From Lama guanicoe (Eukaryota): DNA of 64,000 bases. Each line of letters opens with the position of its first letter. Positions within the stretch are counted from its first letter, which is position 1. The stretch is from the NCBI GenBank assembly GCA_013239625.1, contig MU054323.1:372001-436000 (forward strand). Direction: 5' to 3'. Both the position numbers and the translations under genes were made by a program. This document shows positions 1-11,045 of the stretch, piece by piece. The notes under the pieces are model-generated. The model was not told the origin of the DNA. It worked only from the letters and a program-made list of their open reading frames with translations, and ran no database searches.

Positions 1-164
1 CTTCGAAAGCATCGTTCAGTTCAATTCCGTTTCATTCTATTCCACAGGTGTTTGTGGAACACAGCAGACACTTCTAGGACAGCAACGCACTACGATGTGG
101 AGCACTTAGAGACAGAGTATGAGTGGTACATTTAAGGGACGTAAAGGGATCGCTACAGGAACAG

Positions 165-360
165 ACTTGGGTAGCCGTTGCCCCTGACTCCGACTCCTCT
201 CCTGGAACATCCACTGTGACCTTGAACATCTGATGGAGCTTCTTCAGGCTTTTCTTTCCCCAACTGTAAAAGGGAGGAGAACAAATCTAATCTTGCAGGG
301 TTGTTGTAAAGCGGCAAGGCAGCATACACAAGATGCCTAGCACTGAGGGCACAAGGTCAC
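165..360 (+). mobile_element. MIR SINE fragment
   Basis: ctgtgaccttg...ctgtaaaaggg...gcagggttgttgtaaag...cctagcac follows the MIR core and 3' end. Confidence 0.75.
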
Positions 361-872
361 TGCAGGCTGCTATCCAGTGTGGAGGGATGGCTGAGACGCC
401 AAGAAGCCTGGATGATCCGTCATCACCAATGGACGTGTCGCAGTGCTGTCTCACTAGGATGCATTCCATCACCCCTTCCCTCTGCTCCAGGCCAGAGGCC
501 ACCAGGGCTGTGGGCTGTGAGCCAGTGGTGATGACAGGCATGGGAAAGGTGAGTCTGCTGCTCAGTGCCACACAGACTGGAGCCGCTTGGAGAGTGGGGA
601 CCTCCCCGAGCCTCGCTTTCCTCCTTTGCCAAATGGAGAGACGATGCCTCACTGAACTACTTGACCTGGCAGGTGGAAGAGGACTGATCAGACGGACAGG
701 AAACGGCTCTGTAAACAGTAAGGTGCTGTCCTGGTGCCAGAGAGTGCTCTCAGCTCCCGGAAAAGGAAGCACAGAGGAAATCCCATCAGTTAATGAGCTT
801 GCTTCTGGGTTACTCTTGCAAGGGGATTTTGTGATAAGGAGCAGGCGAGGAGCAGTTGCCATCCCAGGCTAT

Positions 873-1039
873 AGCCTTTCTACTTAAAGTGTGGTTCGTG
901 GACCGGTAGCATCTGCATCACCGGGGAGACTGTTAGACATGCCGAGCAGGGGTCCCCACCCCACACCTACCCAATCAGAACTTGCATTTGAACAAAATAC
1001 CCCATGAGCCATAGACATATAGAAGTGGGAGAAGCATTG
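873..1039 (+). mobile_element. MER5A1-like hAT-Charlie MITE
   Basis: tacttaaagtgtggttcgtggaccggtagcatc...aatcagaacttgcatttgaacaa...gagaagcattg matches the MER5A1 layout with degenerate terminal inverted repeats. Confidence 0.8.
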
Positions 1040-1944
1040 GTCTACAGGCCTTGGTGTTAAAGAGTAAGAGTTGATAAGGAAATTAACCAGCACTGGACAA
1101 GAAGTTTTGTGACCCTGGAGGAGAACGGCCATGTGACCTGCACACACCTTTGGTACTTTGGGGTTGCTTGGGACAATGTCAGAAATACAAACGATAAGAG
1201 AAAGGGGAAAGAAGTGAGGACCTGTCTTCACTCAAGAAAGGCTGGGCAATGTCAGGCTGCCAGGAAAGGTGGACATTGTAGACTGTTGGCTGCGCTCTGG
1301 GGCGCTGCTCCCTCAGAGCCCCGTTCAGCCACTGGGTGGTTCAGCTCCAGTGGTCATGTCACTCCTGGGGCCAGGGCTCAGGTGCTGCTGGATGGGTAGG
1401 GGGAACCCAGGCGAAACAGCTGTCTTCGCGGAGCCTAACTACACTCAAAGATCCAACTTAGCTCAATCAACATCACAAAGGCTTCTAATGAGGAGCTGGC
1501 AGGCAGGAACTCTTTGATATCAATTAGTTAATCATTAGGGTAACCCGCACTGATTGCACTGATTGATGGTTGGACTAACTACACTTAGAGGCACCCTGAC
1601 ATTTTTACTGTTATAGGAGAACTCAGAGGGGGATCTCACTGGCTGCCCAGGCATTTTCTTGCTTTCTTACCTTTCCTTGAGGGAGGGGTTCCTTCTGCTT
1701 GGAAACCCTCCTCCTCCATTCTCTTCTCAATTTAATGCTGAATGGGCTCCTCATCCTTTAAGACTTAGCTCAGTTGCCACCTTCTCAGTGTGACCCTGAT
1801 CACAGTGGGACTCTTAGTCAGTTTGGGGTAAGAGTACACCTGGAAGCTGAGGATTCAGAAGGGGGATTTTCCCCTTTAAAACGCTCAGTGACTCACGTTC
1901 CCCTTGGGACCCCATAGAAAGCCTTGGTGTAGCGGGAAGAGGTA

Positions 1945-2150
1945 TTTGCGTTACTATAGAGCGCCTCCTTTGTGGCTGGCACTTTCTAAGGGGTTTTACA
2001 GAGACTGGTTTATGTCATCCTACGGACCTTCCTAGGTGGAGAGTGTCATCTGCATTTTACACACAAAGAGACCAAGGCTCAGTAGAGCTCAGATGTATAC
2101 ACAACATTCTCCAGCTCCAGCTCCTGAGCGAGTCCTGCTCCTCCTACCCT
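1945..2150 (-). mobile_element. MIR SINE
   Basis: gagcgcctcctttgtggctggcact...cattttacacacaaagagaccaaggctcag is the reverse complement of the MIR core. Confidence 0.75.
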
Positions 2151-3234
2151 CTGTAGATTTGAGGAGGGGGAGGTTGGGGAGAAGAGGGACGGAGACCCTG
2201 TCTATGATGGGAGCCCCCTGGGTAGAATCACCAAGCTCCCGGATATACCTGGAAGTCCAGTGTTGGAGGGGGTGTATGGAGATTTCCAAGATGAGCCACT
2301 CAGAGCATTGTCCATCTCTCCCTGCTGGGTGACAATCAGGATCCTATAACGTCAGACATCTAAATGGACTGAGATGGGAGGTCCCGTCCAGCTATAACGC
2401 TTCCAATACCGTGGGACGAAAGGAAAAACGTAGCTCCTTTTTTCCTCTTCTTGACTAGATATTTTTTTCTTTCTCTCTTTCTTTTTGAAGTGGGTATATT
2501 TAGCCATTATAACTGGTTAGAAGCCAGAGATAGTTAGGCGTCTTCTGGTTGGAACAGAAATAGTTCTGTTAGCGGTGGACGGCGGCCAAGCTCCTGGACA
2601 GCCCCCCGAGAAGATCTCCATATAAATGGTTCCTTCAGGACTCCCCTTTGAATGCTTTCTTGGTCTTGGGGGTCTGAAATGGAGCCAATTTGAGAGAGTT
2701 CCAGGCATTTCCCACAGGGCCTCCTTCCCAAAAGCTTTTCAAAGCAATCCCAGAGGTCCAAGCATCCTCTCTAACTAGGGACTCCCGCCACTGTGAGGAG
2801 TTTGGAAAACTGCCTTCAGGCCCCTGACACCTTTGCCCCCGACCCTGGAAAGTGCTCAGACCTGGCTGGCTCATCCTCAAGTGTACAGACAGTGCCCAGG
2901 ATGCTAACGGTTTTTACAATCAATGTTTTACAATAAATGTTTGTTAGTTTTAACTATGAAATACATCGGAAGTGCGCTGATATCCTCTGGAACTGAGGCA
3001 TGTGCTTGGTTCCATGTACACTGACTGCGGAAGGATCTCTTGGTGTTTATCCAATTACTAATAATGACTGGATGAAGTAGGCTAGTGACTTATTCATGCT
3101 CCTAAATGTATGAGAGAGGATTTCCGTAAACCCACGGATATTCCAAGTATTCACAGCGTGGATATGAAACCTGGGGATATTGTGTCTTTTAAAATAGCAA
3201 TAACAAACCCGAAGTCACTTCAGCCATGCAGGGC

Positions 3235-3420
3235 AGGGGAAGGATGGACTTGGCAGAAGTGGGTTTGAATTCACACTTCGTTTCCAGCAGGATGATTTCA
3301 GATAAGTCGCTTGGTCCCTTTGGACCTCAGTTTCCTCATCACTATCAGTTATCTTAAACGCCTTTGCTCAAATGAGACAGCAAATATGAAAATAATTTGC
3401 AGAGTATATGGTTCATTGTA
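3235..3420 (+). mobile_element. MIR SINE
   Basis: gggtttgaattc...cctcagtttcctcatc core. Confidence 0.7.
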
Positions 3421-3546
3421 TTTTCATTTATTTAGGCTAATTTTTAAAGGCTAGAAAACTGAGCTTTTTTTTTTTTTTAAAAAACAAATTCTCAATGAAC
3501 CCAACTTGAATTAGTAATATTTTATAGGGTTCAAAATGCCTGTGTA

Positions 3547-3693
3547 GGGGGAGGGTATAGCCCAGTGGTAGAGTGCATGCATAGCATGCGCAGGGTCCTG
3601 GGTTCAATCCCCAGTACCTCCATTTAAAATAATAATAAATAATAATGATAATAATAAGTAAATAAACCAAATTACCTCCCCTCTGCCCCACCA
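3547..3693 (+). mobile_element. Vic-1-type camelid tRNA-Ala-derived SINE, full length with TSD
   Basis: ggggagggtatagcccagtggtagagtgcatgcatagcatg...ggttcaatccccagtacctcc head (A box 3558-3568, B box 3601-3610), AT-rich tail, and a 14-bp TSD aaaatgcctgtgta at 3533-3546 and 3694-3707. Confidence 0.92.
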
Positions 3694-4509
3694 AAAATGC
3701 CTGTGTAATAGGTGAGGGAGGCAGCTGAGACCCAGAGAGGGTTAGTAACCATCTAAGTCCTTTGGCCCATGGTAGCTGGACCGAAGAATAGTTCTCCTGG
3801 GTCCCAGACTCTGTGTTCTGGCTTACTTCTTCCCACGGGCCAGAAGAGCAGTGAGTGCAGCCATGTCCCTCTCTTCCCGCTGAGGTCACCTAGTGCTGTG
3901 TGGCTTTGGGCAACTCTCTTGCCTACGCCGAGTCTCTGCTTCCCCATCTGTAAAGTAAGCATCGTGGACCTGAAGATCTTCGAGTCCCTGCCATTCCAAT
4001 CAGTTAGCATTCCAGTGTATTCACCAGAAGCCCCTTCTGGAAAGAGCATGCTCAGTTTCAAAATCTAAATCTCCCCTTTGATTGAATTGACTTCTTCCCC
4101 TGGGCTAGTATGGAAATTTCTTAAAGTTCAGTTACAGCAGGTATCTTAACTACGTTGTAGTTTTCTTCTGGGCGAGGGTGGGGAATGTACCTCGCAAATA
4201 TTTCTTCGTATCCTCTGAAGACCCTCGCACAGAGCTGGCGCAGAGCAACGTTCAGGAAATGTGTGTTGAATTGAAAACCCGTCCCCCAGTAGGTCAACAC
4301 CTTAGTAACTTACTCTGTCATCCTAAAATGATAATTAAGGAAACCGTGGAGAACTATGGAAAAACAGTAAAGATACAAGATTGATGAGAACAGCAGACAC
4401 TGAGATGGTCTCTGCACTCTGATTAAACCATAAAATGCACACAGTCAGGACAAAGGTAAGAGTAGAATAATATAACAACAACAACACCACCGCCACCACC
4501 ACCACCAGA

Positions 4510-5070
4510 GACAAATACCTATTGAGCTCCTATATGTCTCGTGGTTTTCTAAACTTTTCGGATACATCATTTCACTTAATTGTCATATAATCCTCATGCG
4601 GGATGTAATATTTCTGTCCCCATTTTGCCGATGAGGACACTGAGGGAGGTTAAATAATCTGCTAGTAGGCGGCAGAGCTGGGACGCACATTTGAGCACCG
4701 CCTATGCATGAATGTTAGGACGCACTCCCAAAGTGTATGGCAGGCATCCTACGGTGATTAATTCACTTAGTCTTCACGACAGCCTTCCTCAGGAGTTATT
4801 TTTATCCCTATTTTACACCTAAGAAACCTGAGACTCGGAGAGTGATTTGGAGGAGCTGGGATTTGGAGGAGCTGGGATTTGCTCTTTATCAAACAGATGG
4901 TAACAGAATATCAGCGATAGAGGCCGCGTGATGCCCAGGCAAGGGCCTGGCCTCGTCAGGCCATGCTGTCTGGACTCCAGTCCCAGCTCTGCCCATCGGA
5001 AGCCGTGTGATTCAGGGCAAAGTGCTTCTTCTGCGCCTCAGTCTCTTCATCTGTAAAATGAGGATGATTT
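4510..5070. mobile_element. Cluster of three MIR fragments (two minus, one plus)
   Basis: cccattttgccgatgaggacactgagg; ccctattttacacctaagaaacctgagactc; cctcagtctcttcatctgtaaaatgagg. Confidence 0.75.
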
Positions 5071-5975
5071 CAGGCAGTGACTGCGCCTTCTAGAAAATTC
5101 ACAGAATAACGGGCTAGAGTAATGAAACCACGGCAGGTGTGTGGAGGCTGGCATCCCAGCTGGGGCTCAGTGCACAGGTATTCAGGGGACAGGAAAGCCA
5201 GGTGTCTGGAGGATGGGTGTGGGGAAGGCATTCATTGAACAGAGAGCTCAACTCTAATGGCCACACAACATAGCCTTGGAGACTGAAATCATGCAGATTG
5301 TGTATAATATTTAGTTTCTAAAGTTGTCCTTACATTATCCAACTAGCAAACATTTTAGGTGGAATTTAAATATGAAATGAAAGAAAAATGGAAATCAGAT
5401 TATGATTCACCATTGAATCTGAGTCATGGTTTTCTCCTTGGTCAGGGATTTGCTCATCCTCTGCCTTACTGATCTTGTTACCCTTATGATGATGATCATA
5501 GTAATGCAATTATTAAAATCATTATTACCACTGATTATTGATTTGCAAAAGCGCTTTACCAACTGCAAGTCTCTAGTTTATAAGTAAAGAAGGAAAGTCC
5601 ATTAAGGAGCAGAGAGCCGGCCACTGCCAGCTGGTGCGTGGCTGTGTTAATTGCAGATCATTCTAATCTTATTATTAAAGAGCCACCTCTACTACATGCA
5701 CCGCGAGCCTTTATGTGAATACCATGCGTGCTTGAAATCGATCTGACTGTGTTTCTTACAACACCCTTACAATTTCCACTTCAAACAACTGTTTAATAAG
5801 CACCTACTGTGCCCTCAGCACCGTGGCTGGCTTTTTGGGAGAATCAGAAACAGTAAACTATGGGGTCCCTGATCTCAAAGCTCTTAGAATCTCAGTGAAA
5901 GTAATAGATGCACACATGAAAAATACCGGGAACAGGATTTGAAACTGGATGAGACGACTGCATGGGCCACACAAC

Positions 5976-6620
5976 TTTTTTTGTGAAATAGACTTTATTT
6001 TTTACAGCAGTTTTAGCTTCACAGCAAAACTGAGAGGAAGGTACAGAGATTTCTCACAAGCCTCCTACCCCTCTAACATGCACCGTCTGCCCTGTGATCA
6101 ACATTCCCACCAAGACAGTACATTTGTTACGTTGGTGAGTCTGCGCTGACACATCATTATTGCTCAAGGTCCACAGTTTACATTGGGGTTCACTCTTGGT
6201 GTTGGACATTCTGTGGGTTTGGACAAACATATGATGACAGGTGTCCGTCATTACAGCACCATACAGAGTATTTCCACTACCCTGTAATGCTTTGTGCTCC
6301 ATCTATTCATCCCTCTCTCCTACTAGGCCCTGGCAACCACTGATCTTTTTACTGCCTCTGTAGTTTGCCTTTCCCAGAACGTCATATAGTTGGAACCATA
6401 CAATGTGAAGCCTTTTGAAATTAACTCCTTTCACTCAGTAATATGCATTTAAGTTTCCTCCACATCTTTTCGTGGCTTGATAGCTCTTTTCTCCTTAGTG
6501 CTGGATAGTATGCCATGGTCTGGATGGACCACAGTTCATTTATCTGGTCACCTGCTGAAGGACGTCTTAGTTATTTCCAAGTTTTGGCAGTTATGAACGG
6601 AGCTGCCATAAACATCTGCT
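5976..6620 (-). mobile_element. L1MC1-like LINE-1 3' end
   Basis: Poly-T followed by tagactttattttttacagcagttttagcttcacagcaaaactgag...gggttcactcttggtgttggacattct, typical of the L1MC 3'UTR in antisense. Confidence 0.88.
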
Positions 6621-7076
6621 GTGTCAGTTTGATTTTATATCTTTAAGTTATTTTATATCTTATTAAACTGCAATTTCTTTATCCAGTAGAGATAGTAACA
6701 GAGGCAGGATAACACAGAGAACAACATGGAGGTTGCCCTGGAAACAGACTGGGTTCTGACGGTGGCGCAGACGCTTACCACGTCACTTAACCTCCAGTGA
6801 GGGTGAGAATCACTCCTACTTCATGAGTTTGCTATAAGAATAGTGCCTGAAAAATGGTTAATACTCACGAGTTGTTAAATGAATGAAATAAATAATGCCC
6901 ATCTCACAGTGCTGCTTTCACAGGTAATGAAAACGTGTGTACATTACCTGGTATAGAACCTTGCATATGATAGACGTTCAATTAGTGTTGTTTCTTCCTT
7001 TCTTTGCTCTTGTTCTTGCTTTCAGAGCACTGCACCAGGAGTGTTTCCTGCCTATGACCTCGTAGGAGGTGTAGAC

Positions 7077-7251
7077 CAGCACTTCCTAAACTTGGCAGTA
7101 CATTGGAATCACTTGGAGAACTTTAAAGGTTCCCAATTTCCAAGCACATTCTGACGAATTAGATCAGACTGGTTGGGGATGGAACCCAGACATCAGTGCT
7201 TTTCAGAACTCTCCTTGTGATTCCAATGTGCAGTCAAGTTGGAGAGCCAGT
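7077..7251 (+). mobile_element. MER5B-like hAT-Charlie MITE
   Basis: cagcacttcctaaacttggcagtacattggaatcacttggagaactttaaa...gtgattccaatgtgcagtcaagttggagagccagt. Confidence 0.8.
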
Positions 7252-7384
7252 AGTATGTAGACCATCAGAGTCGCGATGGGGTCCTGGAAGTGGCCAGGGA
7301 TGGCTTCTTGAAGTTAGTCTTCTTTTTGATGGCTCGTAGAGGCTGTCCCCTTAGCTCAACCCACCTCAGAAGCTGAAATCATAC

Positions 7385-7700
7385 CTTCAACAAATTGTTG
7401 GTGGCACTGGTGGTGTGTAAGCGGCAGAGGGTGCATCCCTGAGCAAGACAAGCCAGGTCCTATCCTCATGGGGCTTCCATTAGAAAGTGAAGATGGACAT
7501 ACACACAAAAGAATAAATATTATGCTAAGAAGAATAGTGCTAAGTGCCATAAAGAAGAGAAAAGAGCAACGGTGCAGAGTGATCCAGGTGGGCTGGGTTC
7601 AGAGGGCTCTCTGCTAAGTTGATGTTTGATTTGAGCCCAGAGGGATGACATGGCGCCAGCCCTATGAGGAGCGCTCCAGGTGGTGGCCACACTTTGTGTG
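7385..7700 (-). mobile_element. L2 LINE 3' fragment
   Basis: ttcaacaaatt...gtcctatcctcatggggcttcca...gctaagtgccataaag...gatgtttgatttgagccc. Confidence 0.7.
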
Positions 7701-9114
7701 TCACAGGATGGAACGGCTGTGAGGGTGGTGTACAGTCAGTGAGACCAATGGCCCAGACAGGAGCCTGGAGAACTGTGACTGTGTTTCAGCTCATCATTCA
7801 TGAACTAGACCAGACAGGGCCCCGAGATCTAGATCAGGAGGAGCTCCTGCCTTTGAGATGGAATGACCCACATTTATTTTCTACTTTCTTTGTGATCCTA
7901 ATGATGTCTTGGAGCTGGTACCCACAGACAGGCTGGGGTGGAGGGGTAGCCATCATTAGCTGCTCCACTGATGTGGGAAGACCAGGCCCACTCAGAGTCT
8001 GTTAAGTAGCCCTCTGGCCCAGGAACATCTGGGAGAAGCTGTGCTCCCACCTTCAAACATCCATGAAATGTCCACAAATAACATTCCAGCTGCTGTGCAG
8101 AATAGCACCTGGGGACACGTGTCGTCTGGAGCGGTTTAAACCATTCCTTTCTCTCCCCTCCCTTTCTTCAGAAGCAGAGCTGAGCTCGGTTGCCTCAGAA
8201 AATCCATCTCAGGAATCTTAAAGCTGAGCTTTGAATTTCTTTCCCAGCGACTTACTTGAAGCAGCACAGTGAAAAGAGCACCGGGCTCGAGCCGAGCTGA
8301 CTGGCTTTGTGATCTTGAGCGAGTCACTTAACCTTCAAGAGTCACGGTCCCTTCATCTGCAGACAAGGGGGTTGCATGGGGTGTTTGCAACGGTGTCTTT
8401 GAGCTCTAATGATCTGGTTTCTTAAAGCAGAGTCCTTCCTTCGCTCCTATTCAAGGGAGGCAGAGAGAGGAGGGGAGGGTCCCTGCCTGGATCACAGTTG
8501 CCCTCCCAGAGCTCTCGCCTTCTGCTCGTGGCGCTCTCTCATCCTGCCTCTTACAACGTCAAAGGCAGAGGAATGTGATATTGAAAGACTTGTGGCTTCT
8601 GACCTGGGAATTGATCAGTGCGTGTTGAGCACCTACTAAGAACCTAAGCCTGTGCTGGCCACTGGGAAACTAGAGGAAATTCATCAAAAGAAGGAAGAAG
8701 AAATTAAAAAAAAAAAGGAAGAAAATGATTCATTTTCTCCTCTGAAGAAACATGTTCTAGTTGTCCAGTAAAGTGTAACATTAGTGAAACCTTACTCTGT
8801 GCTAGTAAGTTAATACGAGATAAAGGTGCTGTATCATTTAATTATCTTTTAAAAGGATAGATTCCTCCTTTTTATCAGTTTTCAGAATGACTTTGTGCCC
8901 GTACAACTGCTAAGGTGAACACTGACATTTAAAAGAGTTTTATGAACTCACGGAGTTTTGTGTGTGTATTTATTTCAAGTTTCGTTCCTTTTGGTTATTT
9001 TCGTTTTTCAGACTCAAGATGCATCATTTTCCGCCAGGAGCAGTCCTTCAGATGGGCTGCTGTGACCTTTGGACACAAACCCAGCAATCTTTGAGAGCTT
9101 CCCTGCTATCTGGT

Positions 9115-9280
9115 ACAGTGTTTCATCCTTGCTACAATCCCAAAGGGATAGATACTATTATGATTGGCATTTTACAGATGATAAAACTGAGGATTGCCCA
9201 AGGCCATAAGGCTGGGGAAGGTGGGGTTGGAATGTGACCTTGCCCTCGGATTCCAAACTCTTAACCATTACACCATGCAG
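9115..9280 (-). mobile_element. MIR SINE
   Basis: cattttacagatgataaaactgagg...gcccaaggccat...cttaaccattacaccat. Confidence 0.8.
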
Positions 9281-9339
9281 TCAATGTGAAGAGATAAGAT
9301 TAATGCAAAGGAAATAATTTGTAAATAACGAGGAATACA

Positions 9340-9680
9340 TGAAATTAATTTAACAAGGATGCCGTTAGACTGAGGTGGATCTAATGTCTTAATGTAGCCT
9401 AGGAAGCGAAGCAAACCTAAGCCTACATTGCGGCAAGGTTAAGAAATCACAGCCAATTACCAACAGCCAACTAGGATCTCCTGAACTAGGCAACTGAGGA
9501 CTTGACCGGCAATCAAAGAACTTTCTTGCTTTGCTTCCATGTCTTCCCTATATGTCTTGCCCCTGCTCCTGTCAGTGGACTGCTCATGACCACATCTGGT
9601 TGAGTGCTGTCTGATTGGAATCGATTTTTGCTCAAGCAAATGCTCAAAAATTGTTATATGCCTCAGTTTATCTTTTAACA
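9340..9680 (+). mobile_element. ERV1-class solo LTR
   Basis: LTR-like body with cctatat TATA, ending gaatcgatttttgctcaagcaaat...atgcctcagtttatcttttaaCA, characteristic of laurasiatherian ERV1 LTR U5; 5' boundary uncertain. Confidence 0.7.
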
Positions 9681-10394
9681 AGTGGCATATGTCTTTTGGT
9701 TACTTCACTTAAACAAACCTCTATTAAGTTCCAAGCAGATGCCAAGTTCCGGGAGGTGACTAAGACAGTTCCTGTCCTCCAGGCTCTAATGCTTCATTAA
9801 GGATTGACCTCTGTGGTCATGACATGGATAGGAAAGGAATTCAGTGTGGATGGTGGAGGGAGGCCGTGTGGGTGGAGGCCCAGGAGAGTTCTGGGATGAA
9901 TTAGATCTGGTCTTAATCTTGGCTGATTAAGAACTTTTCTGGGAAGAGGCATTCCAGGCAGGGGGTGACATGAGCAAAGTCCCAGAGGCAGGGACCAGCC
10001 TGGCAGTGAGGGTGGCAGGTGCCTCTATGGTCTCAAATCACTGGTCTTCCATAGGCTTGACTCCAAGGAGAGTGGGGTCATAGATCAAGTATGCCATGAA
10101 AATGACTCCTGGATGGCAAAAAACCCAAGTTCTGCATTATAGGAAAGGCCATGGATTATGGGAGCGTCCCTCCACCCCACAATGCTCTTCAACATTTTTT
10201 TTTTGTATTTGTTTTGTTGTTGTTGTTAAATTGTTCCCGTACAGAATGAGAGTGGTGGCCCATTTTTCATGGGAACTGGTGTGGTGTGAGCTCTCGGAGG
10301 GGAGAGATTGCACTCACTGGTCTCTGTATCCTCCGTGATCACCATGAGTTGGTCCTTAGTCACTTTTAAAAACTGAAATAAATTTTCTTCCAAA

Positions 10395-11045
10395 ACATAG
10401 CCTTTGGTTGGACAATTCCATTACGTGTCCCTGAGAATCTACCGCAAAGAAATAATCAGGGATGTGGACAAAACTTGCTGCCAGATTTGTTCATCATAGA
10501 AGTATTCGTATCAACAAAGCATGAGACCCAACCTAGAGGTGAGTGTCTAATCACACTGTGGTCCATTCTGTGCTGTTCTAGGTATGACTGCCTTAAACCT
10601 GATGCAGCCTTTAAACATCACGTTTGTGGGGACTTCTTAATCACATGAGAATGTGCTTAGGGTATATTGTTAAAACATTCAGGGTATGATATTATAAACA
10701 CAAAATGACCCTAACTGTGTAAAAACAAATGCATGGAGAGAAGTCTGGCAAGCAATACACCAACGATGTCAACAAGAGCTTCTCTCTGGGACGGCTGTTA
10801 CCTTCTCCTTTTTCGCTTTTCTCTATTTTCTAAAATGGGTGAGCCTTACGTTTTTTTCCTTTTTTTACTGAAGTACAGTCGGTTTACAATTTTGTGTCAA
10901 TTTCTGGTGTATAGCATAATGTTTCGGGCATATGTATACATACGTATATTCATTTTCATATTCTTTCTCATCATAGTTACTACAAGATAGTGAATATAAT
11001 TCCTTGTGCTGGGGAGCTTTACTTTCATAATTCACAAAACAAAAG
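10395..11045 (+). mobile_element. Ancient L1ME-type 3' fragment, interrupted by a younger L1
   Basis: caattccattac...aagaaataatcagggatgtggacaaa...gtctggcaagcaatacaccaa; resumes as ttactttcataattcacaaaac after 11010. Confidence 0.7.
10851..11010 (-). mobile_element. Short young (camelid/artiodactyl) L1 3' end
   Basis: Poly-T then actgaagtacagtcggtttacaattttgtgtcaatttctggtgtatagcataa; flanked by degenerate TSD gagccttac / gagctttac. Confidence 0.85.

Noticed and set aside
287..887. Overlapping 191-aa and 184-aa ORFs
   Set aside because: No recognisable domain, they run through MIR sequence, and their composition is typical of chance ORFs in GC-rich DNA
3547..3622. tRNA-Ala gene-like sequences (also ~16935-17010, 22467-22542, ~45820-45896)
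   Set aside because: They carry SINE tails (and, in two copies, perfect TSDs) and have diverged stems; these are Vic-1 SINE heads, not tRNA genes
4845..4880. Short tandem duplications (16-bp unit here; ~25-bp unit at ~35948-35998)
   Set aside because: Two-copy slippage duplications within MIRs; no spacer structure, not CRISPR-like
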